Shown: positions 1-12,754, counted from the first letter of the stretch. The stretch is 64,000 bases of DNA from Lingula anatina (GCA_051362555.1 CM120645.1:20026001-20090000), one strand, 5' to 3'. The notes: generated by a model not told the origin, from the letters alone. A program made the numbers and translations.

Positions 1-1355
1 AATGGTAGTCCTAGGAATGGAAGTCCGGGCTCCCTTATGATTAGTACAGGTTAGGGTTAATTGGAGGATTTGGGTTTGTATATGGACGAATGTCACCGGC
101 ACAAAGTAATGGGAAGCGGACTACGATTCCCAGCGGACTCCCATTCCTGTTTCACCTGGGCTACATGTTTAGTAAGCCCAGTTAAGACACTTTTGGTCTT
201 GTAGAGTATCGTATGTGACATTGAACATTTGCACGACTTGGAGCATATGGAAGTATCACCACCGGGTTTATTGAACATTCGCGAACAGTTTCAGTAAAAA
301 CCTCTCACCTAAAATGAGCTATACCTGTTGTTATTTGCATAACAACAAGTCGTTCATCGTAGTGCGAGCTGTCTTGCCGTATGCTCACTTGGCAGTTAGG
401 CAGAGTCGGGTGTAGACGCAACAGTATGTGTGGTGCAGTCAGAAGGTGGAGCTTTTATAAGGCGTGGAAGCAAATGTATATTTGTGAGTATCACTATTTC
501 TTCATCAGCCTCAGCCATTAAATCCTAAAGGCACAGAAGAATGAGAAAAATATTTACGACAAATGACATGAATCCTTTTACTATATTTCCATTGTTACTT
601 GTATGTCACTCAGAATGGTAGAAATTATTGCTTACAGTGCATTGGGACTCTAAATGTTCAGGATAAACGGCGCATTTATCTGACTTTTGATGATAGAAAT
701 TCTCTGCACTTTGTAATCCTCTGTTTGAACATTTTGTGTGCCCCGGCCTTGACAATTAATTTTGAATATTTTGACCTTATTTAAAATGTCGTGTGTTAAA
801 TGTAAGTTTTACCACCCAAATTAATTAATTGGACGATGCTTTTCACCGTTCTGAGCTTCCGATCCATGATTTCGAGTGCTCATTGCACAGTGATTGACAG
901 ATACATATTTTACACAGCCTGTCGTCTCCATAGTGCCGTATGTTGTCCATCCATTACACGGTTCACTGCATGAAAACTTATTATATATGTGCAATATATT
1001 TGTTATAATTTTCGAAGAGAATTTGTAAATGATCTCTTTCTCTGAAGTGCATCAACATGTACTACAACACGTGTTATAACTTTTAATATCAAAAAGAATA
1101 CCTCACCCACTCTGCAAATGAAACGGGTTGTGCTATCAATGTTACTTTTTTAACAAGAGGCCTCAATTAGTTATATCATTAACTAATTCCACATCATAAT
1201 TTTGGTTTTGCGCTAGCTGACATCAGACTAGTTAATAAACGTGCACGCCATTCCATTTATATGTGCCCTCTGCCCTGTGATATTACATGCAATATAAGAA
1301 TGTACAGAGCCTGACTGTTAAGTTCAATGTTGTAAACATTATTTTATCTTTTCAG

Positions 1356-1403
1356 GAGCTCAACGAGATTCTGCACAGCATCCGCCTGAAAAATGAAGTT
1401 TAG
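1356..1403 (+). CDS. Probable terminal coding exon of an unidentified upstream gene (ELNEILHSIRLKNEV*)
   Basis: Pyrimidine-rich acceptor ttttatcttttcAG ending 1355, 16 codons to TAG, AATAAA at 1461-1466. A possible preceding exon at ~400-483 ends in TTT|GTGAGT. Phase and product are uncertain. Confidence 0.4.
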   Translation, partial: ELNEILHSIRLKNEV

Positions 1404-1706
1404 CCTTTGTTTCAAACACAGGAACCCACGCTCCTTCGTACATCTATTATATGAAAACTCAATAAAAAACTTTTGTCATTTGGCGTTTTATTTTTCACTT
1501 TGTTATGAAATTATTATGATAAGGATAGTTGTAATCATAATGGAAAATGATATTTGAATGTAATAATGAAAATGTGATTCTGATGTAAGGTTAAATCAAG
1601 TTAGTTTTTTGAATGGATACGGCTGAAATTGGCCAAAAATCTCTGAGGGTAAAACGGAACAATTTATTCAGTTCCAGTTCTCTGAACCAAATGGGAATAA
1701 TTTCAA

Positions 1707-2335
1707 GACTCACCCTACCTGTCGACCCTTTTTATGCAATGGACTCGCCCCACCTGTCACTCCTTCTAATGCAATAGACTCGCCCCACCTGTCACCCCTC
1801 TAATGCAGTGGACTCGCCCCACCTGTCACCCCTCTAATGTAATGGACTCGCCCCACCTGTCACCCCTCTAATGCAGTGAACTCGCCCCACCTGTCACCCC
1901 TTTAATGCAATGGGCTCGCCCCCCCTGTCACCCCTTCTAATGCAATAGACTCGCCCCACCTGTCACCCCTTCTAATGCAATAGACTCGCCCCACCTGTCA
2001 CCCCTTTAATGCAATGGGCTCGCCCCACCTGTCACCCCTTCTAATGCAATAGACTCGCCCCACCTGTCACCCCTCTAATGCAGTGGACTCGCCCCACCTG
2101 TCACCCCTCTAATGCAGTGGACTCGCCCCTCCTGTCACCCCTCTAATGCAGTGGACTCGCCCCTCCTGTCACCCCTCTAATGCAGTGGACTCGCCCCACC
2201 TGTCACCCCTCTAATGCAGTGGACTCGCCCCTCCTGTCACCCCTCTAATGCAGTGGACTCGCCCCACCTGTCACCCCTCTAATGCAATGGACTCGCCCCA
2301 CCTGTCACCCCTCAAATGCAATGGGCTCGCCCCAA
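1707..2335. repeat. Minisatellite, ~34-35 bp unit (GACTCGCCCCACCTGTCACCCCTCTAATGCAGTG), ~18 copies, degenerate copies to ~2415
   Basis: Head-to-tail near-identical units starting at 1742, 1777, 1811, 1845 and onward, with no unique spacers. Confidence 0.95.
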
Positions 2336-3641
2336 ATAACACCCCTTTATGTGGAATGGAGTCGCCCTCAGATTGATTGGACTTTCCCCTCTAAACCCCT
2401 CTTATAGAATGGACCATGGCGTACTATTCAACCGTACTTGCTTCAGTCCGGATTACACTGCTAAACCTTTTCACTACTCCTGTTTTAGCTGATCTTGTAC
2501 GCAATTTATTAGAATAAATTTTCTAAAATGAAGTTAAAACAATCCGTTAATTTGTCACAAACGCCAATCAACTATCAGGATAACTTGAAAACATCTTTTT
2601 AATAATTTTGATAATTCTTATTACATTAATTGAAGTCTATTTTTTATATATTTTTAAAGCTTTTCATCATGTCGGTAATTTCGGGTAGGTACCGACTGCC
2701 CGAGGGTTCTAAAATCCTCATCGCTCTTGTCGCCGACTAACCCCAACCCCAATTTGTAATCAGCCGCTAGGTATAGTTAAGACAGCGTATGACGCAGGCT
2801 TGATGCCCAACGTTATACCGACAGCGTATGGCGCGACTACTGCTTGCTATATTGATAAATATACCCTTAAACCGATCGCGACACATATATTTATTTTTAT
2901 AACATTGTTTTAAACATAGAACGTTTTAATACTAGATGTGATTATTAAGGTTGTGCAAATTGTAGTGATGCAAAATATGAAATGCTTTGTTCATGTGTTT
3001 TTGCCAAAATTAACAAAAATGTATAATTTGTAAATTTCATCAAAATTTATAAACGTTAATAGAATAAATGGCAACTTTTCTCGGATCAATGACGATGACA
3101 GTGGCATTGTAGAACGTTAAAATATCCAATTTTATCCAATTTTATTTTATCTATATAGTATCTTTTTATATAGTATCAGTTATCTTAGTACAAATTTTAT
3201 AGCGTTAGAATATTATTTTGATATCCTTATTTTAACATTATATAACATTTCAGAATTGCCGACTCCTTTACCGAGATCTTACAAATAATGATGATAAAAT
3301 TGACATAGAATAAAATTTATACAATACTTAACTAGGAAAAAATCTACCAAAAGGTACTGTTCAGAATTTCTCGATATTTTACAATAAATTTTAATGAATG
3401 CTGTACTTCAATTTCTAGTGCACTATGATAAATTTGCCAAGAAATAATCTGACCAATACTATATGGCATTCTCAAAATATACGCAATAACACAAACAAAT
3501 GGAGCAAGCCCTGCAGGAGACAAAATTATCACAGTGTCAATATTAAGGCAAGCTTTAGAGAAAAGGCTAAGGATATGATGCATGTTTCAGTATGCTCATA
3601 AACAGCAATTTTTATTTGTTGTTCAGTTTGCTTCTAAGTAA

Positions 3642-3684
<43 letters not shown>

Positions 3685-4064
3685 CAGTAAGGCCTACTAT
3701 GAAACCCCGAGAAACACGATGAAAACTCACTTTTTAAGTTATTTAAGTTATGAGGGGCCCATTCGTCAAAAAGACGCACGACGTGACATAATCCTATGTA
3801 TGTGAGATTCACTGGTGTTAATAATTGTCACTCGTGTACAGTGCATGCATACTGTCACATCACTTGCACCTTGCTGACTCGTCAGCCGACACGTGTATTT
3901 CGTATTTATTTTATATTATATCTGCCGTTAAATAAATATAACACATAATGTGTATGCAAGTCAGACGGCTGGTTCATAACAATAACGTCGGTCTCGATGT
4001 GAAAGTTTGCATGACCTTGATCGGCCTACATAGGCTATTTGACTTCCTCCTAAAAATACTCGCC

Positions 4065-4898
4065 ATGCAACCGATCACCGTTCTTGTTACTGGGGCCAAC
4101 CGTGGCATAGGCTTGGAGCTGGTGAGGCAGATAGTAGCTAGACAAAATCCACCGAAACATGTTTTTGCCACTTGTAGGAATCCCGACCAAGCGAAGGTGA
4201 GCGACCAGTAGACTGTTTATCACCTCTATCACCGTGTATTTATTTTTTAGTCTATTTTTAGACTATGATTTTATGATATAAACATAATATCTTTAGGGTT
4301 GCTTATTACGACGTGCTTTGGTCAAGGACATGTACTGGACTGGACATGTAGGCCTACGTCAATCCCTGCCAATCTGGTCCTAATTCTTTGGAATATTTAG
4401 GGCGGTGGTGATTTGAAAAAGTCAAAGAATATCGGTTGACCTCAATCGTGAAAGTGTTAACTTCATCGTATACATAAACTATAAGAAACCGATAAGATTT
4501 TAACAAACTCCCCCCCCCCCCCCCCCCCACTTTTTGGGTTTGAAAGTTGCACCATTCCCCGCCCCCTCCCCACCCCTCTCAAAAACGATATTACATTACT
4601 TAGGGTTAACGAATCAATGCCAAACAATTTTCATTCCTGTGACCTACATATCTGACATATAGGGGCCTAACAGTATTAGAATTTATTTCATTCTTTTGCA
4701 TACATACATACATGTCAACTCTCCCGGATAATCCGGGAGTCTTCCGGGTACAGAACGAATCTCCTGGTCCCCGTACGGGTAGGCCTTTCCATATCTCCCG
4801 GATAAAAGCGACTTTGAAATTATGCACCAATGTCAACTTAAGTCCTGTCTCTAATACCGAAATCCCCCCAAAAAAATTCGTTTTTTTAAATTCACTCT

Positions 4899-4948
<50 letters not shown>

Positions 4949-7237
4949 GGTTGAAGGGGGTGGGAGAGAGTTGTCGTTCCCCCAACCCTCCAACTGAGTA
5001 CAACGGCAGCGACCACTCCCCTCCCCCACTGAGCAAAATTTTAGCATCTCCAGATTTTAGATTACCAGTGATTGGCATGTCTGCTTGTGCCCCCTTTCCC
5101 TTAAATTTAGGCATTTAAGACATCATGAGAATCCTTTATCCGTCATCGCAAAACTTTTAAAGTGACCTTTGTGAAAACGCAATGGACACCGACTGAATTT
5201 TTACATTGCTAGATTATTGATTCCCATGGTAACTGGTTAACATCTCAAGTTTGCATTAAATTTGTATGTCAGAGCACATTCGCGCATTTTTCGGAATAGA
5301 GAACCTTTGTTATATATATATCCAGAAGAGCTGCCCCCTCCTCTTCTCAGTCATATAGCAAGTCCATAATGAATGCTTGATAATGATTATTACCTAAAAT
5401 AACTGCATAACATGTTTTTGTCATTATATGGCTTGTTTGTTTGTTTACAGGATCTCCAAGCGTTGGCCAAGGAAACCCCGTCTATTGACATCGTAAAATT
5501 AGGTAAAAATTTAGATAAACTAAAGATGAAACTAAGAAAACAACTTAGATAGTATAAATAAACCTGCATCGCTTGCACTGTATTAAGACTTTATTGCTAC
5601 AGTCAAGATTAGAGGGGAAATATCCAGTTTTGATAATCGTTTTCAGATTTACCAGATTCTTCATTCAAAAAATCAAATAAACAGATATCTCATTTTTCTT
5701 GTGAGCCACTTTCCTTTCCCCTAATTTCTTATAAGAATTTGTTATTTATATGATTATCTGTACTATAGATGTTACCGATTACGCTGCTCTCCGCAACACA
5801 GTGGTTCCCCATGTGCAGAGTAAAGTTGGAGATCTTGGCCTAAATCTTCTCATCAACAATGCCGGGGTTTTAATACCAGACGAACTCGCCAAAGTCACAC
5901 CCGAAGCAATGAGAGAGGTGTACGAGGTGAACACCATAGCCCCCGTTATGATTACACAGGTAGAGTGATGAGCACATTCAATGTGTTTTTCTTTTGAGTA
6001 TTTTTAAATTAAAATTATTTTACGCGCTTGACTAATGCTCTGCATGTAGAAACTGAAGTACGTTAGCGTACTTATAAATACTTTTAGATTTAAATATTAA
6101 GATGCGTATTTAAAAAAAAAAATGCATGATTTAACATTTATGTTGCATCAAAGTTCTAATCAATAAATTTTTTTCCCTTAAATTATCCACCTTGGCTTCC
6201 TTTTGTTATTCAGGCGTTTCTTCCCCTATTGAAGGCAGCAAGTGCACGCACCACGGGAGGACTCGGCTGCTCCCGGGCAGCCGTTATCAACATTTCCAGT
6301 AAAGGGGGTTCTTGCGGAGACAACACAAGCGGAAAATACTATTCGTACAGGTGTAGCAAGGTAAGACTATATCTCTAGCACATAGCTTTCAAAGTAGACC
6401 ATTCTTTTGCATGACTTTTGCACGCGCGCCTGTTTAAAGCAGGGCAATATACGCTCCTGAGACGACAGGAGTACCCTCTACCAGGACCACAGATTGGTTT
6501 TTCACAACATATTCACAGATATGTCTTATGATAAAAAGACGGCCATTTGGTTCTCTGTCACCCTGTGATGAAATGTCTTTTGTGACAGATAAAAATAGCC
6601 CCTTCTGAAAGGGTTGTTACTCCAGATTGAAGTTGACTGAGGAATCCCCTGTAGTGGCTACAGAGCGGATACAATGCTATCTACGCGCACGCAGATTTTA
6701 TTGCTTCCTTCTGGCCAAAAGTTACAGGGTGGAAATGTGGAAAATGTGCCTATAATATCTGCCACCCTGGCAGAGGGTGCAACAGGACAAGGAAGACGAT
6801 TACTGTGGATTTTTTTGCGAGTGATTTCAATGTGATTTTTTATTTCCACGAGATGAAATGTAGAAAACGAAATACAATTGAGGAAATCAGTTGGTAAGAC
6901 AAGATTAATTTTCGCCTACGCACCTGTTTACAGGCATCATTTGAGTTAATTAAAAATCGTATATGGAGAAATTTCAGTGCACATTGAATTGAATTGTCTT
7001 TTCTACCTCCAGGCTGCTTTGAATATAGCCACAGTGTCGCTGGCAGTGGACCTGAAGGGTGATGGTATACTGGCGGACGTTCTACATCCAGGTTGGGTGA
7101 AGACAGAAATGGGCGGAAGTAACGCCATTCATGAGCTCGGTGACAGCGTGAAGGGCATGCTTGACGTCATGGACAGACTGACCGAAAATGAGACTGGGAA
7201 GTTTTTTGAATGGAAAGGCAATGAAATCCCTTGGTGA
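4065..7237 (+). CDS. C-factor (CsgA)/sniffer-like classical short-chain dehydrogenase/reductase, paralogue 1, 248 aa
   Basis: Exons 4065-4196, 5451-5502, 5769-5959, 6214-6360, 7013-7237 (747 nt, GT-AG, frame consistent). Motifs [12 protein letters not shown] (basic residue typical of NADP(H)-preferring SDRs), LINNAG, YRCSK (YxxxK), [12 protein letters not shown]-terminal G..F..W.G..IPW. Confidence 0.93.
4707..5083. mobile_element. Probable non-autonomous DNA transposon (hAT-like CA...TG ends) in SDR1 intron 1, containing a poly-G run
   Basis: Imperfect TIRs CATACATGTCAA / TTGGCATGTCTG; not seen in the paralogous intron; no clear TSD. Confidence 0.4.
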
Positions 7238-7522
7238 AGGAAGGTCTTATTAAATACACTGTTTTGGCTTTGTAGTGTATAGATACAAGTTATTGTGAAA
7301 AATATTAACAGAAGTGCATCTAGGGTTAATATCCAATTTGACAATCAATTCAGAATGGCGCCTAGTTTTGAGATAATTACTTTAATCGTGCACTGGGAAT
7401 TATTGTTCCAATTTTTTTTATAATCACAGTAAGAACAAATAATTCAGTATAACGATTTACTCCATTTCTATTGAAAGCAAAACATTTTAATACATTTAAG
7501 CACACCTATTACCTTAACTAGA

Positions 7523-7551
7523 CAAGGAGTTTTAACTGTTGAAACTCCTTG
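7523..7551. mobile_element. 29-bp inverted-repeat mini-element with 7-bp target-site duplication (P-superfamily-like ends)
   Basis: CAAGGAGTTT-N9-AAACTCCTTG flanked by direct AACTAGA at 7516-7522 and 7552-7558. Confidence 0.55.
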
Positions 7552-8417
7552 AACTAGATGAGCATATTATTTTACGTGAACATAGCCTTTCTTTTTCAGT
7601 TGTGATACTTACATAGTCAACGCTTTCCAACCTCAGCAATATTCAAACAATTTCTTGGCAGTTGTGGGGTTGCTTTTATTATTCCATCTTTATTCATTCC
7701 GTATATGTGAAATCGGATACATTTTTTAATTATAATGTGGTATTTTTATGTGTTATTTATAAGTATTTCATATTTTATGAAAAAAAAAAAAAAAAAAAAA
7801 ACAGGTGAGAGTATTAAACGCACATTCCTCTTACTTATCTATCTAAACCTACATATTATTTCAAAGATTTAAACAATCACACGATATGATTGTAATGGGA
7901 TGGTATTCGAAAATTCCAGTTTTGTTAGTTTTTAGATACATGTTTGTTTTTTGTAAATATGAATAAGATAAGAGTCTGTATAAAGTGAACTCAGTCAGGT
8001 ACTCAGACTATTGTTCATCATTATCCACACTTCACTACATGTAAGAGCAACTTATATAGGGTGTGGCTTACTTAGCTTCAGGAATAACTGAGGCTCTAGA
8101 GACTTGTTAATCTCTCTATATAAATATATAAACCATTTTAAGCAATGCACGTCATTCTTATGTTATTAATGCAAAATATTGTTTCAGTTAATTGTAATTT
8201 TCATTAATAATAGAACAATGAGTGCAGAGTCTACAGTTGTTTAAAAAAGGCTAATAAAACAGAACACAGGAAAACGCTAGTGGGTTCTTATCATCAAATA
8301 TGGCTACCACTTTGATATATAACACCATTAATTCATTCTGATGGCTTCATACTACAAGTATACATTTCACGTTCAAATACCTAATCAAATTTGATATTCT
8401 GTGGAATTATAGATTAT

Positions 8418-8461
8418 TTTAAACTTGGACATATAATTACGTTATTATGTCCAAGTTTAAA
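8418..8461. repeat. Perfect 16-bp inverted repeat with a 12-nt loop
   Basis: TTTAAACTTGGACATA (8418-8433) and TATGTCCAAGTTTAAA (8446-8461). Confidence 0.85.
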
Positions 8462-8980
8462 CAACATTTTATTACACCTCAAGTTGAATTCAGTTGGTCA
8501 GTTACCATGCCTTTTTGGTGTGTTATAAAAAGGGGGCACGTGCACCACTTAGAACAAAAACACTTTGATGATTGTCTAATAAAGTAAAAATCAATTTGCA
8601 ATTATCTACAGACTCTCTGAAATTCACCAAAGCATGGGACAGTACACGTTGAATTGTCGGCGACATTCCTGTCACGACGTATAGCCTATCATCTCGACAC
8701 TTAGTAAATACGCACGCAAATAGTCAGTACAGTCAGTGAGGGGTATTTGTCGCGTTACGTACTTCCTCTGGTGCTTCTCACCCGTGTATATCACAAACAC
8801 CGCGCTAAATTCGTCAGCCGACGCGCGGTAATAGCTTTAACACACATAACAGCGAACAGGAGTTCGATGCGCATCAATAACTGGCTCGTAACAATGACTT
8901 CGGTCTCGATGTGAGTTTTAGTCTAATGACCTTGATCGACCTACTAGTGCATATCTTACTTCTCACTGAAAGTACTCGCC

Positions 8981-9451
8981 ATGCAACCGATCACCGTTCT
9001 TGTTACTGGTGCCAACCGTGGCATAGGCTTGGAGCTGGTGAGGCAGATAGTAGCTAGACAAAATCCACCAAAACATGTTTTTGCCACTTGTAGGGATCCC
9101 GACCGTGCGAAGGTGAGACTATGGGTGATTTGTCATCAGTAGGCCTATATAAACTGTGCATAAAGTTTCACATGGGAGTTGCTTATATAACGACGCGCTT
9201 CGGCCACAAAAAGCTTGATACAGTGCAATTCTATACCGTACATTAAGTTCTACCCCTTGTGTACAGACTGGTCCTTATTTTTTGGATTCCTACAGGTAAA
9301 TAGCAAAATCTAAGGGTACAACTTTTAAGGAACCGATGCATAAGGGACCTATAGTAAGTCGTAGCAGTGTAACTGTATGCACAATGATAACGAATCAATG
9401 ACGGGCCAAGGGGGAGAGGACAAGTGGTACGTTTTAGAGGTCAATCCCTTC

Positions 9452-9493
<42 letters not shown>

Positions 9494-11588
9494 CGAAAGC
9501 AGTCAACACCAAACAATTTTTTCATCCCGGTGACCTACATATTAGATATTCACTAGAATCTGCTTTCGTCCTTGTGCCTACATGTACCACGCCTCCCATT
9601 GTCAGTCGCCGGTTGCGGACTTGCAAATATGCTACAGTATATGGGCTCGTGTTTAATTTATCGGTGCTTTAACACATTAATTAAATATAACTGCTTGATT
9701 ATTGATTTTCATTATAATCTGGTAAATATCCAACTTACCTTATATCTGGTGAGATTTCAACCACATAAAATCTTCTTGGTCATATGGAAGAAATCCATAT
9801 TGCATGATAATGATATTGCCTGAAAAAAAATGCATAATATACCTATGGCATTATATGGTTTGTCTGCTTTTTTACAGGATCTCCAAGCGTTGGCCAAGGA
9901 TACCCCGTCTATTGAAATCGTAAAATTAGGTAATATTTTTAATAAGCAATCGATAAATGGCCCAAATAGCGTTCATAACCCTTTATGATTGACTCTGTAC
10001 TTAGTAAGACGTAAATATAAGGCATCGTTCATATGAAAAATCCAAATTCCAAAAATCCATGGCGGTATCTAGTGATCACAGACCGTGATCACTAGATACC
10101 GCCAATGGATTTTTTGGAATTTAGATTTTTCATGTGACCGATGCCTAATGCTCGGATGTAGAGGGAAATATTTCATTTTGTTGCTTGTTCTTTTTTTTTT
10201 CAGAATTCCCAGATATTTTATTTAAGAAACAATCGATTAAACATGCATCACAATTTCATTGTGAGTAACTTTCTGTTCCCTTAACTTCTTAATACACGAA
10301 TTTCACATATCAGTCTATATATTTTTTTACCATAGATGTAACTGATTACGCCACTCTCCGCAACACAGTGGTTCCCCATGTGCAGAGTAAAGTTGGAGAT
10401 CTTGGCCTAAATCTTCTCATCAACAATGCCGGACTTTTACTACGACACGACCTCTCCACTGTCACACCCGAGGCAATGAGAGAAGTGTACGAGGTGAACA
10501 CCATAGCCCCCGTTATGATTACACAGGTAGAGTGAAACCAAAAGTACATTCAACTTTTTTTTCTTACGCGTGATGTTGGTTTTCAAGCATTATTCGGATT
10601 TGGTTTGTTCAAGTAATTGCGTGGTGATCCAAAAACTTAGTCTCCTGTTGGACACCGAACGCCGTTGACCTTCTTATCACAACTTTTATATTTAAATTTA
10701 AATATTAATATACATATTAACAAAGGGTTCTTTATCGAGGATTATTTTTACATACACAAATTATGATTTATAAAGATATTTGCATAAAATATTAACCTTG
10801 GCTTCCTTTTGTTATTCAGGCGTTTCTTCCCCTATTGAAGGCAGCCAGTGCACGCGCCACGGGAGGACTCAGCTGTTCTCGAGCAGCCGTTATAAATATC
10901 ACCAGCAAAGTGGGCTCTTGTGCAGACAACCAAAGCGGGAAACACTATCCGTACAGGTGTAGCAAGGTAAGACTACATGTATATCTTGCATATCTACTTT
11001 TTTTAAGTAGACTCGGTTTGAAATTATGTGATGAGCTGTACATGTAGTATTTGTTCAAAGCAGGCTAACATACATGTACGCATAAGTACGCAAATGATAC
11101 GCTATTATTTGGGGGGGGGGTAGGCTGATTACCACGGGTTTTTGCAAATGATTTGACATTATTTTAGATCTCATTAAAATGTTAAAAAACGAGACATGAT
11201 TGGGTAAGACAAGGCCTTTTTTCGATTGTGCATGTTTATTACGTTTTGTGTCAGGTCATAGCATTTAAAAATTACAGACGTCATTTGAAAAACGTTACAA
11301 TCATTTATGGTCGGAGAAATTTCGTTGCACACTGAATCGATGTGTGATTTTTTCCTACTCCAGGCTGCTTTGAATATTGCCACAGTGTCGATGTCAGTGG
11401 ACCTGAAGAGTGATGGTATACTGGCGGCCGTTCTACATCCGGGTTGGGTGAAAACACAAATGGGCGGAAGTAACGCCATTCACGAGCTCAGTGACAGCGT
11501 GAAGGGCATGCTGGACGTCATGGACAGACTGACCGAAAATGAAACTGGGAAGTTTTTTGAATGGAAAGGCAATGAAATCCCATGGTGA
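8981..11588 (+). CDS. C-factor (CsgA)/sniffer-like classical short-chain dehydrogenase/reductase, paralogue 2, 248 aa
   Basis: Exons 8981-9112, 9878-9929, 10336-10526, 10820-10966, 11364-11588. Same exon lengths as paralogue 1 and the same [22 protein letters not shown] motifs. Confidence 0.93.
10021..10145. mobile_element. 125-bp fully palindromic MITE (PIF/Harbinger/Tourist-like) in SDR2 intron 2
   Basis: ~60-bp arms GGCATCG...GTGATCAC / GTGATCAC...CGATGCC, TAA on both sides (10018-10020, 10146-10148); absent from the alignable intron of SDR1. Confidence 0.85.
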
Positions 11589-12454
11589 AAACAGATTATA
11601 TAAACAATTTTACAAACATTATTCACTTTGATGAGTATATGTCCAAGCGACTTGAAAATGAAAAACGGTGCCAAGTAACGCGTCCACATGTACTTGTAAA
11701 CTTTAATGTACTGTTCAGAATGCAAAAATTTAGGCACAGAATGTAACACCCAACTTTTAGTTACCAATAAATGTTGTTATTATTTTCAACTGTATATGCC
11801 CCTGCAAGTTGCCAAAAGCCTGAGGATTTCAGGCCCCTATCAATAAATTCATCGCATTGTATCAAACAAATAGATAGGACCTCTTTCTTTATGTGAAATG
11901 TGGATGTGTGAGTCCATAGTGCGTAATAAAAGTATTTCTTTTGTTCTCTGTTATTTTTAACTCTTGGGGCAAGCTTTGATATTTTTGGTTGGAATGGGAG
12001 ATATCTATATATATCACATACCAGGTAATGTCTGAAATTAGAGAGGCCAGAACTTGTTTTGTTTTAGAGCAAATATTTTCTTAGCTATCACTAGTAGAAA
12101 AATTAGCATTCTGAGACCTAATCTACAATAGATAATATAATATGATAGATACTTGTCTATCAGTATATAGAAGAGTGTGATGAGCGCTTTTTTGCTGATG
12201 CTATGAATTAAGTTGCTGCCCCAGGAGATTTATTATTCAGATCTTTGGATTAAGGTATATATATTTTAGTATCTGATCAACAAATAATAATTTTCTATAT
12301 CTGTCTTTAATAGGCAGCTCTGCATGCTCTGTCACTTTTTTTACATATTTTTAAAGTCTAGTGAAAAGAGTTGTTAATCTTCAATTTGATTGTGGCAGTG
12401 TTTGCACGTTCTTTCTTGTAGTTCTTTCTTTCTTTCTTGTTCTTTCATTAGTCA

Positions 12455-12754
12455 AACTAGAAAAGCACTCCGAAAGCGCAGACCTCCGCCAAGGCAGCAA
12501 AGTCTCCGCCCAATGCCGTTTCACCCCATCATTCTATAATGATTTAGTTTTTTGATTTTTGATTGTTGATTAGGCCTATTGATTGATTATTGATCCGGAT
12601 CACCACTAAAAACTAATCATCTGTTTCTTGGCCCACTTCAGTTCCTGAAAATTTCATCAAAATCGGTCCATAACTTTTTGAGTTATGTGGATGACAGACA
12701 GAAAGACAGACAGACAAACGGGGGTGAAAACATAACCTCCTTGGCGGAGGTAAT
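12455..12754 (+). mobile_element. Non-autonomous Helentron-associated element (HINE/DINE-1-like)
   Basis: 13-bp subterminal inverted repeats ACCTCCGCCAAGG (12482-12494) / CCTTGGCGGAGGT (12739-12751), terminal hairpin ACCTCC-ttggc-GGAGGT, and an internal (ACAG)n microsatellite at ~12692-12718. Confidence 0.7.

Noticed and set aside
1707-2335. Regular ~34-bp repeats resembling a CRISPR array
   Set aside because: Units are contiguous with no unique spacers, there are no cas genes, and the context is eukaryotic.
3948-4064. N-terminal extension of SDR1 from the upstream in-frame ATG
   Set aside because: Not preserved in paralogue 2; ATG 4065 has a GCCATG context and matches the usual SDR start.
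4606-5114. Poly-proline ORFs, and similar poly-K, HT and CV ORFs at 9424, 38527-38900 and 47364-47636
   Set aside because: Translations of homopolymer and microsatellite tracts.
4065-11588. SDR pair as horizontally transferred bacterial csgA, or as an uncollapsed haplotype duplicate
   Set aside because: Both have spliceosomal introns and the family is widespread in animals (e.g. sniffer); introns and 3'UTRs are too diverged to be alleles.
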